This document shows positions 26,157 to 36,845 of a stretch of 43,784 nt of DNA, one piece after another; position 1 is the first letter of the stretch, and the number at the start of each line of letters is the position of its first letter. Source of the stretch: a virus (Duplodnaviria; Caudoviricetes); IMG/VR virus record IMGVR_UViG_3300015370_000024, positions 1 to 43,784 of that record. One strand, 5' to 3'. The notes under the pieces were generated by a model that ran no database searches, had not been told where the DNA came from, and saw nothing but the letters and a program-made list of their open reading frames with translations. A program made the translations under genes and the position numbers.

Positions 26157-26183
26157 GAAGCAGGCGAGTTTCCCCGCCTGCTT
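26157..26183 (-). terminator. Hairpin after the capsid gene cluster
   Basis: AAGCAGGCG/CGCCTGCTT inverted repeat between 26214..27005 and 25835..26143. Confidence 0.45.
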
Positions 26184-26213
26184 TGTTATTGCTCGGTTCC
26201 GCTTCCTGCCTCT

Positions 26214-27005
26214 TTATGTATTCACATACAGTGGAATCCAGTATTCAGAAGAGCCAACTTTGCAGCGAATGCCCAGGTCGGGAGCGCCCGAACAATTAGC
26301 CTCGTCCGCTCCCCAGGTCGTGAATGGAGACGTAGCCTCTGACACGTTCAGGAAGTATGTAGATAGTACAGATGCGCCCGCGTTAATGTGAATAATGTTT
26401 TGCAGCAATCCAGAGTCTACGCTCAATTGGAGCACGCTGGTCTGTTGTCCGTTGATTGGCGTAACATTGGATTGATACAAGAAGCAGGCAACCGCCGAAA
26501 TCGCGCCGGATTCAATCGTAGCGCCATCGAACAGCATCTTGAACTGAGCGGCATACGCGCCGTACAGGGGAGAACCGCCAGCCGTTGCCAGCGTTGCGCC
26601 AGCCGACATAGTAGTAATCGCCTGTAGGCTCAAGATGGTATTCACGTCTGCGCCACTATCTGCGAAGGCAAAGCGCCCAGCGCCATAAACGATCTCGGTT
26701 GCTTCCGTGTGCATTTCCATGTAGTCCATGTATGCTGATACAGAACTTAATGTACCAGTAAAACAGACCCATCCAGAAGCGCGGGTAGGGACAATTTCGG
26801 TCCCGCGAATGACATTCGAGCTGCTTGGAAGTGTTACGCTTGAAAAGTTAAGCGGGTGGGTAGTTGGAGAGCTTGACGAAAAGTTAAGCTCAGGGGCTGC
26901 GCCAGATATAGCCAGCCTTCCACCACCCGACAAAGTAATATTTACAGAATGCCCGGCGGGAGGCGTGAACGTCCAGAGGCCGTCAATTCTTTCAAAGCCT
27001 TTCAT
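26214..27005 (-). CDS. Putative capsid decoration/fibre protein
   Basis: AAGGAGG RBS; Ser/Thr/Gly-rich; C-terminal YWIPLY. Confidence 0.5.
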   Translation of the reverse strand: MKGFERIDGLWTFTPPAGHSVNITLSGGGRLAISGAAPELNFSSSSPTTHPLNFSSVTLPSSSNVIRGTEIVPTRASGWVCFTGTLSSVSAYMDYMEMHTEATEIVYGAGRFAFADSGADVNTILSLQAITTMSAGATLATAGGSPLYGAYAAQFKMLFDGATIESGAISAVACFLYQSNVTPINGQQTSVLQLSVDSGLLQNIIHINAGASVLSTYFLNVSEATSPFTTWGADEANCSGAPDLGIRCKVGSSEYWIPLYVNT

Positions 27006-27015
27006 AATGGCCTCC

Positions 27016-27393
27016 TTAGGTCAGGTACGGACCGTTGTAACGATTGGCGTTGTCAATCCACACTTTCACCGCACCGGCTGAAAAGCCGCCACCACCAACA
27101 TCTGTAACATTCAGCTTGACTTGCAAGTACTCCAGGGTTGGGGCCATAAAGAACGGGACTGCGTAGTGTCCGGCTGCTGTGATCTGCTTCATGTTCATAT
27201 TGTAAACTTCGGTGGTCGATGCAGCGGAATCGCAGAACTCAAGTTCCACATCCAGGGTATCGGTTGCAGTGATAGACGGGACGAGCAAATGCAGCCACAT
27301 GGGGCGCGACATAGGACCAACCTGCACACTGGTCAGGGTTTCATCTGCGGTCAAATCAGCAGAACCATCGCGTAATTCTAAATTGGTATCCAT
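27016..27393 (-). CDS. Putative capsid cement/decoration protein
   Basis: Start reassigned to MDTNLELRDG (AGGAGA RBS); directly after MCP; jelly-roll-like pattern. Confidence 0.55.
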   Translation of the reverse strand: MDTNLELRDGSADLTADETLTSVQVGPMSRPMWLHLLVPSITATDTLDVELEFCDSAASTTEVYNMNMKQITAAGHYAVPFFMAPTLEYLQVKLNVTDVGGGGFSAGAVKVWIDNANRYNGPYLT

Positions 27394-27404
27394 TTTATCT
27401 CTCC

Positions 27405-28376
27405 TTATGCAGCCGTCCAGCCATAAGCCAATGCGGCGCTGCGTGGGCTGGTCATGAATAAGCCGGGGCTGAAACGAACGACCGTGCGATAGTTCACGCG
27501 ATCTTCGAGCAATCCAACATCTTCCGCGTTGGGCATTTCCTGACACCAGCCGCTTACATACGGTTCGCCAAAGCGGACGCAATACATTGAGCTATCCGTT
27601 CCGCCGGTCAAAGCGGTAATACCGTTCTCGGCGTCTGCCAGGATTGCGGTAGACTGGTCGTACTTGTAGCCAGCGTCGATGATCTTCGGGCCGCCTTCGC
27701 CGTAGGTAGTGAAAACGCGGCCAAGCTGGTCTTTAGTCGTGGCAAGCAGGCCGGATTGTCGGCAATAGGACTGGAAGCGCCGCCAAAGGGTCAAGCCCAT
27801 AAACAGCGCTTTTTCGCCAGGATTGCCGTCTACCCGCGAAAGCAGGTAATCAACGGCGTCGAACATCTGATTCATGATAGCCGCAGTTACCGCAACGTCA
27901 GCGGAAACATCCAGGCCGGTATCGAAATATTGACCACTGCCCAGGTCGTTCTTGATGCGATACCACATGCCCACAATTGCATCTTCATCAGCAGCGGGGG
28001 TGTTGTTGAAGAAGGCGTCATTGAAGCCAAAGGCGGCGGTTTTCATCTCTGCCTCTGTCTGCGCGGCCCGCACGTCGATCAGCGATTCTGCTTTGATGTA
28101 TTCGTAGGGGACGTCGATCTTTGCGCCCATGAAGAACAGGCGCTCTTCGATGGGTTCTGGTACGACTTTGTGTTGAGTAAAATCTTCGCCAATCTTGCGC
28201 CAGGTTGCGGCGTTAAGACTGTTGAAGCGCAGCACCTTCTCACTCAGCTTGGTGCTAGTCCGAAACTTGAGCATGTCAAGAATAGGGCTTGCTTCGCGCC
28301 AAGTGCGTGCTACTGCTTTGTTCAGATTATCGGGCGCGGTGCGCTCATAATCTGCAAGGGTGAATTCATCTGCCAT
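27405..28376 (-). CDS. Major capsid protein (HK97-fold)
   Basis: AAGGAG RBS at MADEFTLAD; ~323 aa; SPILD.L.F and SMYCVRFG patterns; follows scaffold. Confidence 0.8.
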   Translation of the reverse strand: MADEFTLADYERTAPDNLNKAVARTWREASPILDMLKFRTSTKLSEKVLRFNSLNAATWRKIGEDFTQHKVVPEPIEERLFFMGAKIDVPYEYIKAESLIDVRAAQTEAEMKTAAFGFNDAFFNNTPAADEDAIVGMWYRIKNDLGSGQYFDTGLDVSADVAVTAAIMNQMFDAVDYLLSRVDGNPGEKALFMGLTLWRRFQSYCRQSGLLATTKDQLGRVFTTYGEGGPKIIDAGYKYDQSTAILADAENGITALTGGTDSSMYCVRFGEPYVSGWCQEMPNAEDVGLLEDRVNYRTVVRFSPGLFMTSPRSAALAYGWTAA

Positions 28377-28412
28377 TTGGAGGCTCCTTTTAGTAGTGGC
28401 CTCCAAAGAGTT

Positions 28413-29039
28413 TTATTTTTTGGGGTACGCCCTTTGGTAGTAATCATGAGCGGACTCAGCAACAAACTCTCCGGGGCCTTGTCCACTTGGAACGGGTGTT
28501 CTAAGTGGGGCTTTTTCTCGTTGTTGGAGAGTGCGCGCTTTCTTCGCATCGATTGCCTTCCGCATAGCTGCGGTATATTGCCAGCGAGAGGAGTTATCAT
28601 TCTCGAAAAGCGGCTTCAAAAATTCTTCATATTCCGGGTCGCTTTCCTGGATGCTAACCCTCTCCATGTCCATCATGGCAAAGGCATCTTCTAATTCAGG
28701 CGGTATGTCCGGCGTGGGGCTGCCCTGTTCTTCTTCGTCATCTCGTAGATTGTCTACGATCTGAGCATGAAGTTTCTGCTCCACTTCCGGCGTAAGGGGG
28801 ATACCTGCGGCTTCTAGCCGTTGTTTCATGGTATCCATCTCTGCCTTTATTTGCTTGGCGCGCTGCTTATCGGCTTGCTTGATTTCACGCTTTTGTTGCG
28901 CGAGTAACTCGGTAAGCTCTTCACGGGTGATGTACGTCTGTTCTTCCTGTGTCGCTTCCGGTGTCTGCGTCTCTTCGGACGGTGTTTCAGTTACCGGGGT
29001 GGGCTCCTGTTGCTCCACAGGTGCGACTTCATCAGTCAT
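28413..29039 (-). CDS. Capsid scaffolding protein
   Basis: Acidic disordered N-terminus, coiled coil, directly upstream of MCP; own TGCTATAAT promoter. Confidence 0.65.
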   Translation of the reverse strand: MTDEVAPVEQQEPTPVTETPSEETQTPEATQEEQTYITREELTELLAQQKREIKQADKQRAKQIKAEMDTMKQRLEAAGIPLTPEVEQKLHAQIVDNLRDDEEEQGSPTPDIPPELEDAFAMMDMERVSIQESDPEYEEFLKPLFENDNSSRWQYTAAMRKAIDAKKARTLQQREKAPLRTPVPSGQGPGEFVAESAHDYYQRAYPKK

Positions 29040-29080
29040 AGTGAACTCCTATTCTTTTGTAAAAACATTATAGCACAAAA

Positions 29081-32000
29081 CTATTGGCTAATATCCTGCA
29101 TCATCTGGTTTTTCAAACTTGGATAAACACTATTGTACACCCAACTATCGAAACTTCCATATGGTTGGCCTTCGCTTATCCAGACCTGCTCCAGTATCGC
29201 TTTTGTGCCACTGGATAATCTATCTCCTGTAAGGGCGGCCTCTTGTGTCACAGACAATAGAGAGGGCGGCCAATTGGTTGTATCGATTCTCTTGAATACT
29301 GTACCTTTTATGACAGGTGCTAAATCTGGATAATCATTATATTTTTGCTTGATCCATTTTTGATACCCGGCATATTCGGGGAAATTTACCAAGAACCTTT
29401 TCCGCTCGCTTGGGGGTAAATTATAATAAGCAGATTGCAGATTATAATAATTAGGGAATTTCTCTTTTCGCTCCTCGAATATCTTGTCTGTAACCCTGGT
29501 CACTTCGGGCGAGAAGAAATCGATCTGTGGCGTTTGTCCCACCCCTTGCGTTTCAGGTGTTTGTGGCACCATGCCATTCAACATCTTCGACCACGTAGCC
29601 AATTGCTCGTTCGAGAACTCCACTCCACTATCAGCATCTAAGAAGTCTTGGAACTGCGGACCCATAAAAGCGGTAGCCTGTTTCTTGTCAGTCGGCCCCA
29701 AGTCCCCGTAAGCGTCCCAAATCTCCGACTTTAGGAATTGTGTCATGCGCTCCTGCGGGTCGCGCCTTAGCGCCAACCTGGTCGAATATTCAGGATGTTT
29801 GTCAAAGAACTCCGTAAAGGCTTCTTTGTTGCCGTTCTTGTAGGCTTCCCATACAAGGCTGTATTCCTGTTTCAATCCCTTGTATTCCATCTCCCCAGGT
29901 GGTAACAATCCACCGGGAAACAGAGACGGCAACACAGAACCGACAATCTTGTCCAGCGTTGCCCCGTGCGCTGCTCCATACAGCGGAGCCATGCCGGGGA
30001 CTTTCAACATCAGTTCTTGTCTTACTCTCTCATTGGCCTGATCCCAAATATCGCCCTTCTTTTCGATAAGCGCCATTTGTCCGGTTTTGGGGTCAATCAC
30101 TCCCTCGGCCACCATATTAGCCACCTGGCGTTCGATGTAATACTCTCCCCATTCCCCGAACTCGTTCAGCCCTTTAGCTTCGCGTAAAGCCTTCTCCGGT
30201 TTCGCTAAATTCCCGGCAATATTACCAACCCATTCAAGCGGGGTGTCTTTGAAGGCGGTCTCTAGTCCCTGCCCAAACTTGGTGATAGGCAATTGACCGG
30301 ATGGCCAGCTTGATTGTATCCCGCCCATTTTCTTTCCGGTTGCAAGGTAATAAGGCAGGGTCAAGTAGAGGGCAGGGGATAGCAGCATAGAGAAGTAGTC
30401 CGCCGCGCCGTTCTTGTTTTCTCCCCGTTCGATCTTGGCCTGTTCTATAGCTCTTTCCCAAATAGGCCCGGTCTGGTTTGCAATCGCTTGATCGTACTGG
30501 TCTTTTGTGATGAGTCCATCATCTTGCATGTTCTGTAAGATATAGCTGGCGTTATTTACGATGTACTCATTATCACGCCTCAGGGCGTCCAGTGGTTGCG
30601 TGAATTGCTTGAACGGGAACAGTTGAAATGTGGGGTCTATGAACATTCCACCGCCTGCCCATTCCGGGAGGAAGGGCATGGGAACGAACAACTTATTCCT
30701 TGTTCTCTCTGGAAGTTGCGACTGGTAGGTGTTGTGCAAGTTCTGTAATCTGACATACTGCGAAATCCAAGCGGGGCGATCTGCAACCCTGGTCAGCCAC
30801 GTTCCGGCGCTGCGAGTACCGAAGAACTCATAGGGCACTAATCCCGATAACGGTTTATCGAATCCGTATTGACGGCTGTAATCTAATAATGCAAAGTCTC
30901 TCTGCGCTTCTCCGTATGCTTTAGCCTGGTGTTTTGTGCTTGCCATTTTCGAGCGGGTATCGCGCAGCCAGTTATTTAACTGCGCCTGTGTATCCGCGTC
31001 CATATCCGCGAAATTGTGGGTAGTTTCAGGCTGCGCGGCGGCTTCTCGCATAGCATCCATAACCGGCTTGACTTCGGTGTTATAGCCGTCAAGAAGTATC
31101 TTTTGATAGTCCACATAGCCCGTAAATTGGTCGTACCCACCGGGAGGGAATAGCTCTTGCGCGCGCGTCTCTTCCGTAACTTTGGCATCCCGCACTTTCT
31201 TCAAGTTCTTTTGTACAGTGTTGGTATCCAAAGGCCCTTCTGCTTTGCGAATGTCCATCTCTGCCTGTGTCATGCCTTCGGCAATGGCTACATCGTTGCG
31301 CAAGTCTTTTATTTCATTTGCAACCCTGGTTTGCAGTTCTGTAAGTCGTTCTATCATTGCGGGGTCTGCATCATCTGGTAGGGCTTCCCAGGCGCGTTGT
31401 ACTTCCGCGTTCAGGTCGTTGAGCGCTTTTTCTTGTGTGGTGTACTTCCGTTTAGCAAGCGCGGCATCGTAAGTTTTTTCAAAATCATCGAAGCGGACTT
31501 GTTCTGTCGGTATTGTAACTTCGCCCTTGATAGCCTGCTCTCGCAATTGCAAAGCCTTCTCTACCATCTCAGGCGTAAGGTCTCTATAGGTATTTACATC
31601 CGCAGCCTCAGCCCCCAGGTATTTCTTTACAGTAGCCAACAGGCGGCGGTTATTAGGAATACCTGTTTCTGTAGCAGTAGGAATGCCGTACTTGTTAGCA
31701 ATCTCTTCGATACTGGCAAACTTCCCGACATCCGGCGCAACCGGCGCGTGCGCTTCGGGTGGAAGTTCGCCAAACTTATAAAGGCCTCCAGCCCCTTCCA
31801 TGTCAATGCGCACAAAATCAAGATACATTGCACGAAGTTCTGGCTTACGCGCTTCCCAGGCTGCTGAATGCCAAAGCTCGGTAGACGTAAATTGTGGAGG
31901 CATATTCTTTTCATCCGCCAGGAAATCACGAAAAGCAATGTTACTTTCATTGATTCTTTGATGAGCTTCAAACGCCGCATCTGTCCACATCTTAGCAGTA

Positions 32001-35000
32001 ACCCCGGCTGCTTCTCCGTAGGCGCGCTTCATCTCATCTACAAAGACAGTATCCATCTTGCGCTGAATTTCCAGCACAGGCGCATCAACATCGCTTTTGT
32101 ATCTTTCCCTTAATTCAAGCTCAACGTCTTTCCACTCAACAGGTTTTCCGGCCTCTAAATCATCAAAAAATTGAGTAATGCGCCTGGTTCTATATTCATG
32201 ATAATTTCTATAAACCTTATGCTGTTCGCTCAAATCCCCCAAAAAACTTCGCTTAAACTGTGTATCCAGCCCCAACCCTTCGATAGCACCTTGTAGCAAC
32301 GCGCCTTGACGTGCCTGTGTTCGCTTCCATGCCGCACTTGTTTTTCTTGCAGCATCGGCCTTTATAGAACGTCGCAGGGCTACATTATCAACAGATGCAG
32401 CCTTACGATATGTATCTCCCCAAATCTTATCTACCATTAGCCCGGTATCGTAATAATCAAGGCGTATATCCCGGAATGCCTGAACTGCCCCCGCCCCCCC
32501 CTCGGTCTTGATCTTGTTCCTGGTTTGCTCTAATAAGTTCTGTAACCCTTGCGCTTGTTTCTGGTCGAAGTTCTCATAGAGCTTATTTTCGATAGCGTCG
32601 AAGGCGGCTTGTCTGGCTTCGGATGTCTTGGCTCTTTCCAATCCTCCCCGCAGTTCATCGGCAATACCCAACTCTTCCAGCATCCCCATAACGGCGGCTG
32701 GCTCTTTGCCTAATTGTTTGGCCGCATTATCCGCAAACGAATTGACGTTATTATTCGATATACGTTGATTGATGCTCTCTAGTTGCTTGGTTGACATCAC
32801 CCCTTCGAGATTCTTGTATACCGTGTTGGCGTCCAGTCCATATTCTTTCAACCGTCCTTCTAGCGCGGCGGGCATCCGGTCGAACCCAACTCCCGCGCGC
32901 CATTGTTTAGACCAGAACGTCTTAGCTGATTTATAGAATATCTGCCTGGCGTGTGCCGCGTTGAACCTTGCTGAGGCTTGCGGTCTCAGCAGGTAAGAGC
33001 GTCCTTTGTTTACAGCATCGGCCACTGAACCGATTGCGCTACTCCCGCGCGTCATGCTGCTTACAACGTCCGTTTCCTTGACCGGCAAATCTCCTAACAG
33101 TCCATACCCGGCCTCTTTGGGGGTAAAGCCGAAATCTTTTACCCAGGCATCGATGACTTTATGCGGCGTAAGTCCCAACGTCCCGGTAGTTGCCATCATC
33201 ACCCGTTCGTTGATGAAGTCGTTCACCATCGCAGAGGGGGACAGGTCTAACAGTAATAATGACTGCGCTCCCTTTAGCAATCTAAGGCTGTCATCCCAAA
33301 CGCTATCCTTCGTCAGTTTGAAATAATCCTTCCCCCAGGTTTTCATGTGATCTTCCATAGTGTTAATAAATTGCGCGCTGAACTCTTCCGGCCTGATTGC
33401 CACCTTCCCGTCCCTGAACGGCTCGAAGGCTTTTGTCAGTGTGTCGGGGGTCATTCTCCCCGCTTCGATCTCAGCTAACATTGCCTTAGCTTCCGGCAAG
33501 TCAGTTCTTTGTAAGGTTTCTGTAAGGCGCTTGAAATCCGCGCGCGCGTCACCGTCTAAGAAATTTTTCAACAAATCTTTTGGCGGGTCTCCTAGAATGC
33601 TCTGGATCTGCCAGAACAGGTTGCGGCTTGCCCCGGCTGCTTCGTAGGTAACTACCTTGCTTTCTAATGCGTTTACACCATCACGAGCAGCGCCCAAAAT
33701 CGTATAAGCCTCTGGAGTGTTCAAATATTCTGCACCTAAATCGTGCAACTTCCGCATATCTCCATTGGCCATCGACTTGGCAACATCATATAAATCTCTA
33801 ACTGTCGCATCGGTCATCTTGCCCCAATCGAACAGGCTTGAAACGGTCGTATGGTAACGCTCCAGGAACATCTTTGCTTTTGCTTTTGGTTGAAGCGTTA
33901 GCATGGTTTCGATGAACTTTGGAACCCTGCCCTCAAGCGGGCTTGGCAACAATTCCCTTATTTTCCCGTCTGGTGTTATCCCTGCTACCGTCCGCTCCCA
34001 TTTCGTCATGAACCTGGCATCTTCGGGTTTGATAGCGCCGGACGTTATCAATGCTCTAAATTTCTTGCCCGCTTCTCCCCAGGTTATACCGAGCGGCGTT
34101 CCAGGCACATGCGCTTCAAGCCCCAAAATTCCAGGGGTAGTTTCATACACCGTTGCCTTAGCGGTCTCGATCCTGGCTCTTGCGTCCAGTTGCGCTATTT
34201 TCTCAACCGAAGATATTCCGGGCGTTTCTCGAAGCGTAACCGCTTCTACTGCCGCAGCTCCGGCTTTGCCTCTCGATATTTTCCCGCGCGCGCCGCTTAT
34301 GATCTCAGGCACGACGTTCAACGGGTCGTAGATAGTTGACTGTGCAAAGTCTGTAAACGTTCCAGATATTCCGTACTCCCTGGCAAAGTCAGCCTGTACC
34401 TCCCCGGCGCTCTCCCCGTTCAGTATCCTTTGGGCTGCGTCGTCGAGAGTGTATCCGGCTCTAACTTGTACTGGTTGGTTTTCACCTAATACCCAAACGG
34501 TGCCTTCTTCTTTCATCATGGGGAGAAAACTATTGGCAACCTTAGAGATATTGTCAATCTGTTCAGATGTCAGGCTTCCGTCTGCTTTCAAAATCTCTGT
34601 TAACTTACTTTCATTTGCCCCTGTAATCTCATAATAGGATTTACCCGCCTCCCAAACGGCGGCTCTAATCTTGGGGTCTGAAATAAACCCAGATAATTTC
34701 TGTGTAGCTTCCTGGCTAATTTGTGCCAATTCTTGAGGAGTCTTTTGGAAGGCGCTTAGTACCACTTTGGGGATAGTCTGTGTAATTTGCGCGGGGGTGT
34801 ACTCCATAGGGCTTTCTGGTAAGTCAAACACATTGAAATAAGAAGCCAATCCTCTAACCTGTTCCGTTTTTTCTGCTCCCCACATAAAGGGTTTCAGAAG
34901 CGTTTCGGAAGTTACCCGTATTGCTTCATTTTCAGATTGCGCCCCGTATCCAAGTAACGTCATGGGAATGGCAAGGGCTAATCCCTTCCCCTTCGTCATA

Positions 35001-35782
35001 ACAGTAAGCGCCGCTCCCTGTACTGCTGGGGTGGTCTTTGGGTTAGATAGAATAGAAAATGCTGGCCGTTGCCACCACTGCAATTGTCCTTTCCCGAATT
35101 GCCAACGACCACCCTCCTTCACGAATTCAGAATCAGAGAAGATAAGTCCTTGTTGTCCTGGCGCTGTGACTTTGGCAATGGAGAAATTAGGGTCTTTTAG
35201 AATTTCTTGTTTCTGTTCTACCGTCAGGCGTTGCCAGTCGAAATCAGGCGCTTTGAAGTCTGCCTGCGACGTTCCGCCGGGCTGTAATAATTTCGGATCT
35301 GTTGCCCCCCATATCTTCGTTTCACTCTCGCTCAAAAAATTATTGGAAGGCGCGGGGATGTTTTTCAAATACTCCCGCATCGGGTCATCAGCGCCCAATC
35401 TCCACAAGTTTTTATTCTGGATACCCTTACTCTGATATTGGATGTAATCGTATGCGCCCTTTAGGGTCTGCGCGTCCATCCCCTCGGGTAATTGGATAGT
35501 AGGGTCAGCCTGTGAGCGGGTATACCAATCTACGATCTTATCCGGGTTTTCCCAATACGTTTGCTCCCGTTGCGCTACACTGCCCTTGAACGAATAAGCA
35601 AAGGGGAAGGCCTCTCGTAAGGAAGGTTGGCGCTGTGGTTGTATGCCTGGCTGTGTAGGTTGTTGAGTTTGTTGAGCTGGTTGCTGTCTTTGACTTTCTT
35701 CAATGCGTTCTTTGATCCGGTGCCTTACCGCTCCCGAACCTATATCCTGCCAGGTCTTTTGACGCTTCTTATAGTCCGACAT
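29081..35782 (-). CDS. Very large virion/ejection-type protein (2233 aa)
   Basis: Uninterrupted ORF in the structural operon, mostly helical; no catalytic motif recognised. Confidence 0.6.
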   Translation of the reverse strand: MSDYKKRQKTWQDIGSGAVRHRIKERIEESQRQQPAQQTQQPTQPGIQPQRQPSLREAFPFAYSFKGSVAQREQTYWENPDKIVDWYTRSQADPTIQLPEGMDAQTLKGAYDYIQYQSKGIQNKNLWRLGADDPMREYLKNIPAPSNNFLSESETKIWGATDPKLLQPGGTSQADFKAPDFDWQRLTVEQKQEILKDPNFSIAKVTAPGQQGLIFSDSEFVKEGGRWQFGKGQLQWWQRPAFSILSNPKTTPAVQGAALTVMTKGKGLALAIPMTLLGYGAQSENEAIRVTSETLLKPFMWGAEKTEQVRGLASYFNVFDLPESPMEYTPAQITQTIPKVVLSAFQKTPQELAQISQEATQKLSGFISDPKIRAAVWEAGKSYYEITGANESKLTEILKADGSLTSEQIDNISKVANSFLPMMKEEGTVWVLGENQPVQVRAGYTLDDAAQRILNGESAGEVQADFAREYGISGTFTDFAQSTIYDPLNVVPEIISGARGKISRGKAGAAAVEAVTLRETPGISSVEKIAQLDARARIETAKATVYETTPGILGLEAHVPGTPLGITWGEAGKKFRALITSGAIKPEDARFMTKWERTVAGITPDGKIRELLPSPLEGRVPKFIETMLTLQPKAKAKMFLERYHTTVSSLFDWGKMTDATVRDLYDVAKSMANGDMRKLHDLGAEYLNTPEAYTILGAARDGVNALESKVVTYEAAGASRNLFWQIQSILGDPPKDLLKNFLDGDARADFKRLTETLQRTDLPEAKAMLAEIEAGRMTPDTLTKAFEPFRDGKVAIRPEEFSAQFINTMEDHMKTWGKDYFKLTKDSVWDDSLRLLKGAQSLLLLDLSPSAMVNDFINERVMMATTGTLGLTPHKVIDAWVKDFGFTPKEAGYGLLGDLPVKETDVVSSMTRGSSAIGSVADAVNKGRSYLLRPQASARFNAAHARQIFYKSAKTFWSKQWRAGVGFDRMPAALEGRLKEYGLDANTVYKNLEGVMSTKQLESINQRISNNNVNSFADNAAKQLGKEPAAVMGMLEELGIADELRGGLERAKTSEARQAAFDAIENKLYENFDQKQAQGLQNLLEQTRNKIKTEGGAGAVQAFRDIRLDYYDTGLMVDKIWGDTYRKAASVDNVALRRSIKADAARKTSAAWKRTQARQGALLQGAIEGLGLDTQFKRSFLGDLSEQHKVYRNYHEYRTRRITQFFDDLEAGKPVEWKDVELELRERYKSDVDAPVLEIQRKMDTVFVDEMKRAYGEAAGVTAKMWTDAAFEAHQRINESNIAFRDFLADEKNMPPQFTSTELWHSAAWEARKPELRAMYLDFVRIDMEGAGGLYKFGELPPEAHAPVAPDVGKFASIEEIANKYGIPTATETGIPNNRRLLATVKKYLGAEAADVNTYRDLTPEMVEKALQLREQAIKGEVTIPTEQVRFDDFEKTYDAALAKRKYTTQEKALNDLNAEVQRAWEALPDDADPAMIERLTELQTRVANEIKDLRNDVAIAEGMTQAEMDIRKAEGPLDTNTVQKNLKKVRDAKVTEETRAQELFPPGGYDQFTGYVDYQKILLDGYNTEVKPVMDAMREAAAQPETTHNFADMDADTQAQLNNWLRDTRSKMASTKHQAKAYGEAQRDFALLDYSRQYGFDKPLSGLVPYEFFGTRSAGTWLTRVADRPAWISQYVRLQNLHNTYQSQLPERTRNKLFVPMPFLPEWAGGGMFIDPTFQLFPFKQFTQPLDALRRDNEYIVNNASYILQNMQDDGLITKDQYDQAIANQTGPIWERAIEQAKIERGENKNGAADYFSMLLSPALYLTLPYYLATGKKMGGIQSSWPSGQLPITKFGQGLETAFKDTPLEWVGNIAGNLAKPEKALREAKGLNEFGEWGEYYIERQVANMVAEGVIDPKTGQMALIEKKGDIWDQANERVRQELMLKVPGMAPLYGAAHGATLDKIVGSVLPSLFPGGLLPPGEMEYKGLKQEYSLVWEAYKNGNKEAFTEFFDKHPEYSTRLALRRDPQERMTQFLKSEIWDAYGDLGPTDKKQATAFMGPQFQDFLDADSGVEFSNEQLATWSKMLNGMVPQTPETQGVGQTPQIDFFSPEVTRVTDKIFEERKEKFPNYYNLQSAYYNLPPSERKRFLVNFPEYAGYQKWIKQKYNDYPDLAPVIKGTVFKRIDTTNWPPSLLSVTQEAALTGDRLSSGTKAILEQVWISEGQPYGSFDSWVYNSVYPSLKNQMMQDISQ

Positions 35783-36643
35783 TTAGAAATTCCAACGACT
35801 GAGAAGTCCTTGCAAATATCTTTGATACTCTTGTGGTAAATAGCTGCTTCCGCCGTAGCTGCTCCCGCCGCCTCCTCCACCCTTATACCCACCACCCCTG
35901 TACCCGCCCCCGCTACCACCTCCGCCACCATACCCTCCGCTACTGCCCCCGCTCGTTGTCCCTGGTGTAGGCCAATAGGGAGTAGTGTATCCAAGTTCCT
36001 TGTTCTTATCGTAGTTTATATAATCCTGGTAACGTTCCTCGATTGTTTTATTCGGAGTATTGTAGTATATATTTCTGTAAGCATCAGACCCCGGCCCGGT
36101 AGGGCGCCCGATTTTTTGTTCCTGTATTTTTTTGGGGTTTACATTTAAGCCAAAGGCGCGCGAAATTGCGGGGGCCGCCAATGTGCCTACGGTTGCGGAG
36201 CCTGCTAAACCATACAATAAAGGATTAGATATAATTGCAGACCCTTGTCGAATACCCTGAATAGCCTTGCTTACATTTGATGTTCTTCCGGCAGCCCCAG
36301 TTATTGTTGATCTTCCAGAAGTTCCAGTTATCCCCCTGTCGACTGTTTCTCCGGTAAGTCTTACTAGCGCTTGGTTGTAGGCCTGTTCTTTCTGGATACC
36401 CGGCATCAAGTCCGGCCCCTTTCGCCAAGGGACGCCCTCTATCGTCTCCCTCTTGACGCCCGTTATTGGTTGCAATTGAGAAACATCAACGCGCCTTACG
36501 CCTTCTATTGGCGTAAGTTTGGATGTGACTGGCGCTTCTCCGCCCGTCAATCTATTTCCGTACCCGCCCTCTCCATAGCGTTCTTTCTCTCGCTGGATTT
36601 GGCGGTAATTCAAGTTCGTTTTAGGTTTTCTATACTTTGCCAC
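35783..36643 (-). CDS. Gly-rich putative internal virion protein
   Basis: GGAGGT RBS; basic N-terminus; GGY/GGG C-terminal tract. Confidence 0.5.
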   Translation of the reverse strand: MAKYRKPKTNLNYRQIQREKERYGEGGYGNRLTGGEAPVTSKLTPIEGVRRVDVSQLQPITGVKRETIEGVPWRKGPDLMPGIQKEQAYNQALVRLTGETVDRGITGTSGRSTITGAAGRTSNVSKAIQGIRQGSAIISNPLLYGLAGSATVGTLAAPAISRAFGLNVNPKKIQEQKIGRPTGPGSDAYRNIYYNTPNKTIEERYQDYINYDKNKELGYTTPYWPTPGTTSGGSSGGYGGGGGSGGGYRGGGYKGGGGGGSSYGGSSYLPQEYQRYLQGLLSRWNF

Positions 36644-36845
36644 CTACCACCTCCAAAGCCTTTTTGTACCCTTGCGGATCGTTCTTCTTCAACCACTCTT
36701 TCATTTCAGGCGGCATCATTGCCCAGGCTTGTTTCAGTTGTCCTTTCTGTATCGTCTCCTGCCATGTGGAAAGGAAGTTTTTTCGCCAGGTCATATACCT
36801 GCCAACCCCTTCCATAATGGCCTCTTCGTTTTCGCGTGAACCCAT
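36630..36845 (-). CDS. Hypothetical protein
   Basis: Coupled to the portal stop codon. Confidence 0.55.
   Translation of the reverse strand: MGSRENEEAIMEGVGRYMTWRKNFLSTWQETIQKGQLKQAWAMMPPEMKEWLKKNDPQGYKKALEVVGGKV

Noticed and set aside
27756-28694. 312 aa plus-strand ORF
   Set aside because: Antisense shadow of the capsid and scaffold genes; no RBS or motif
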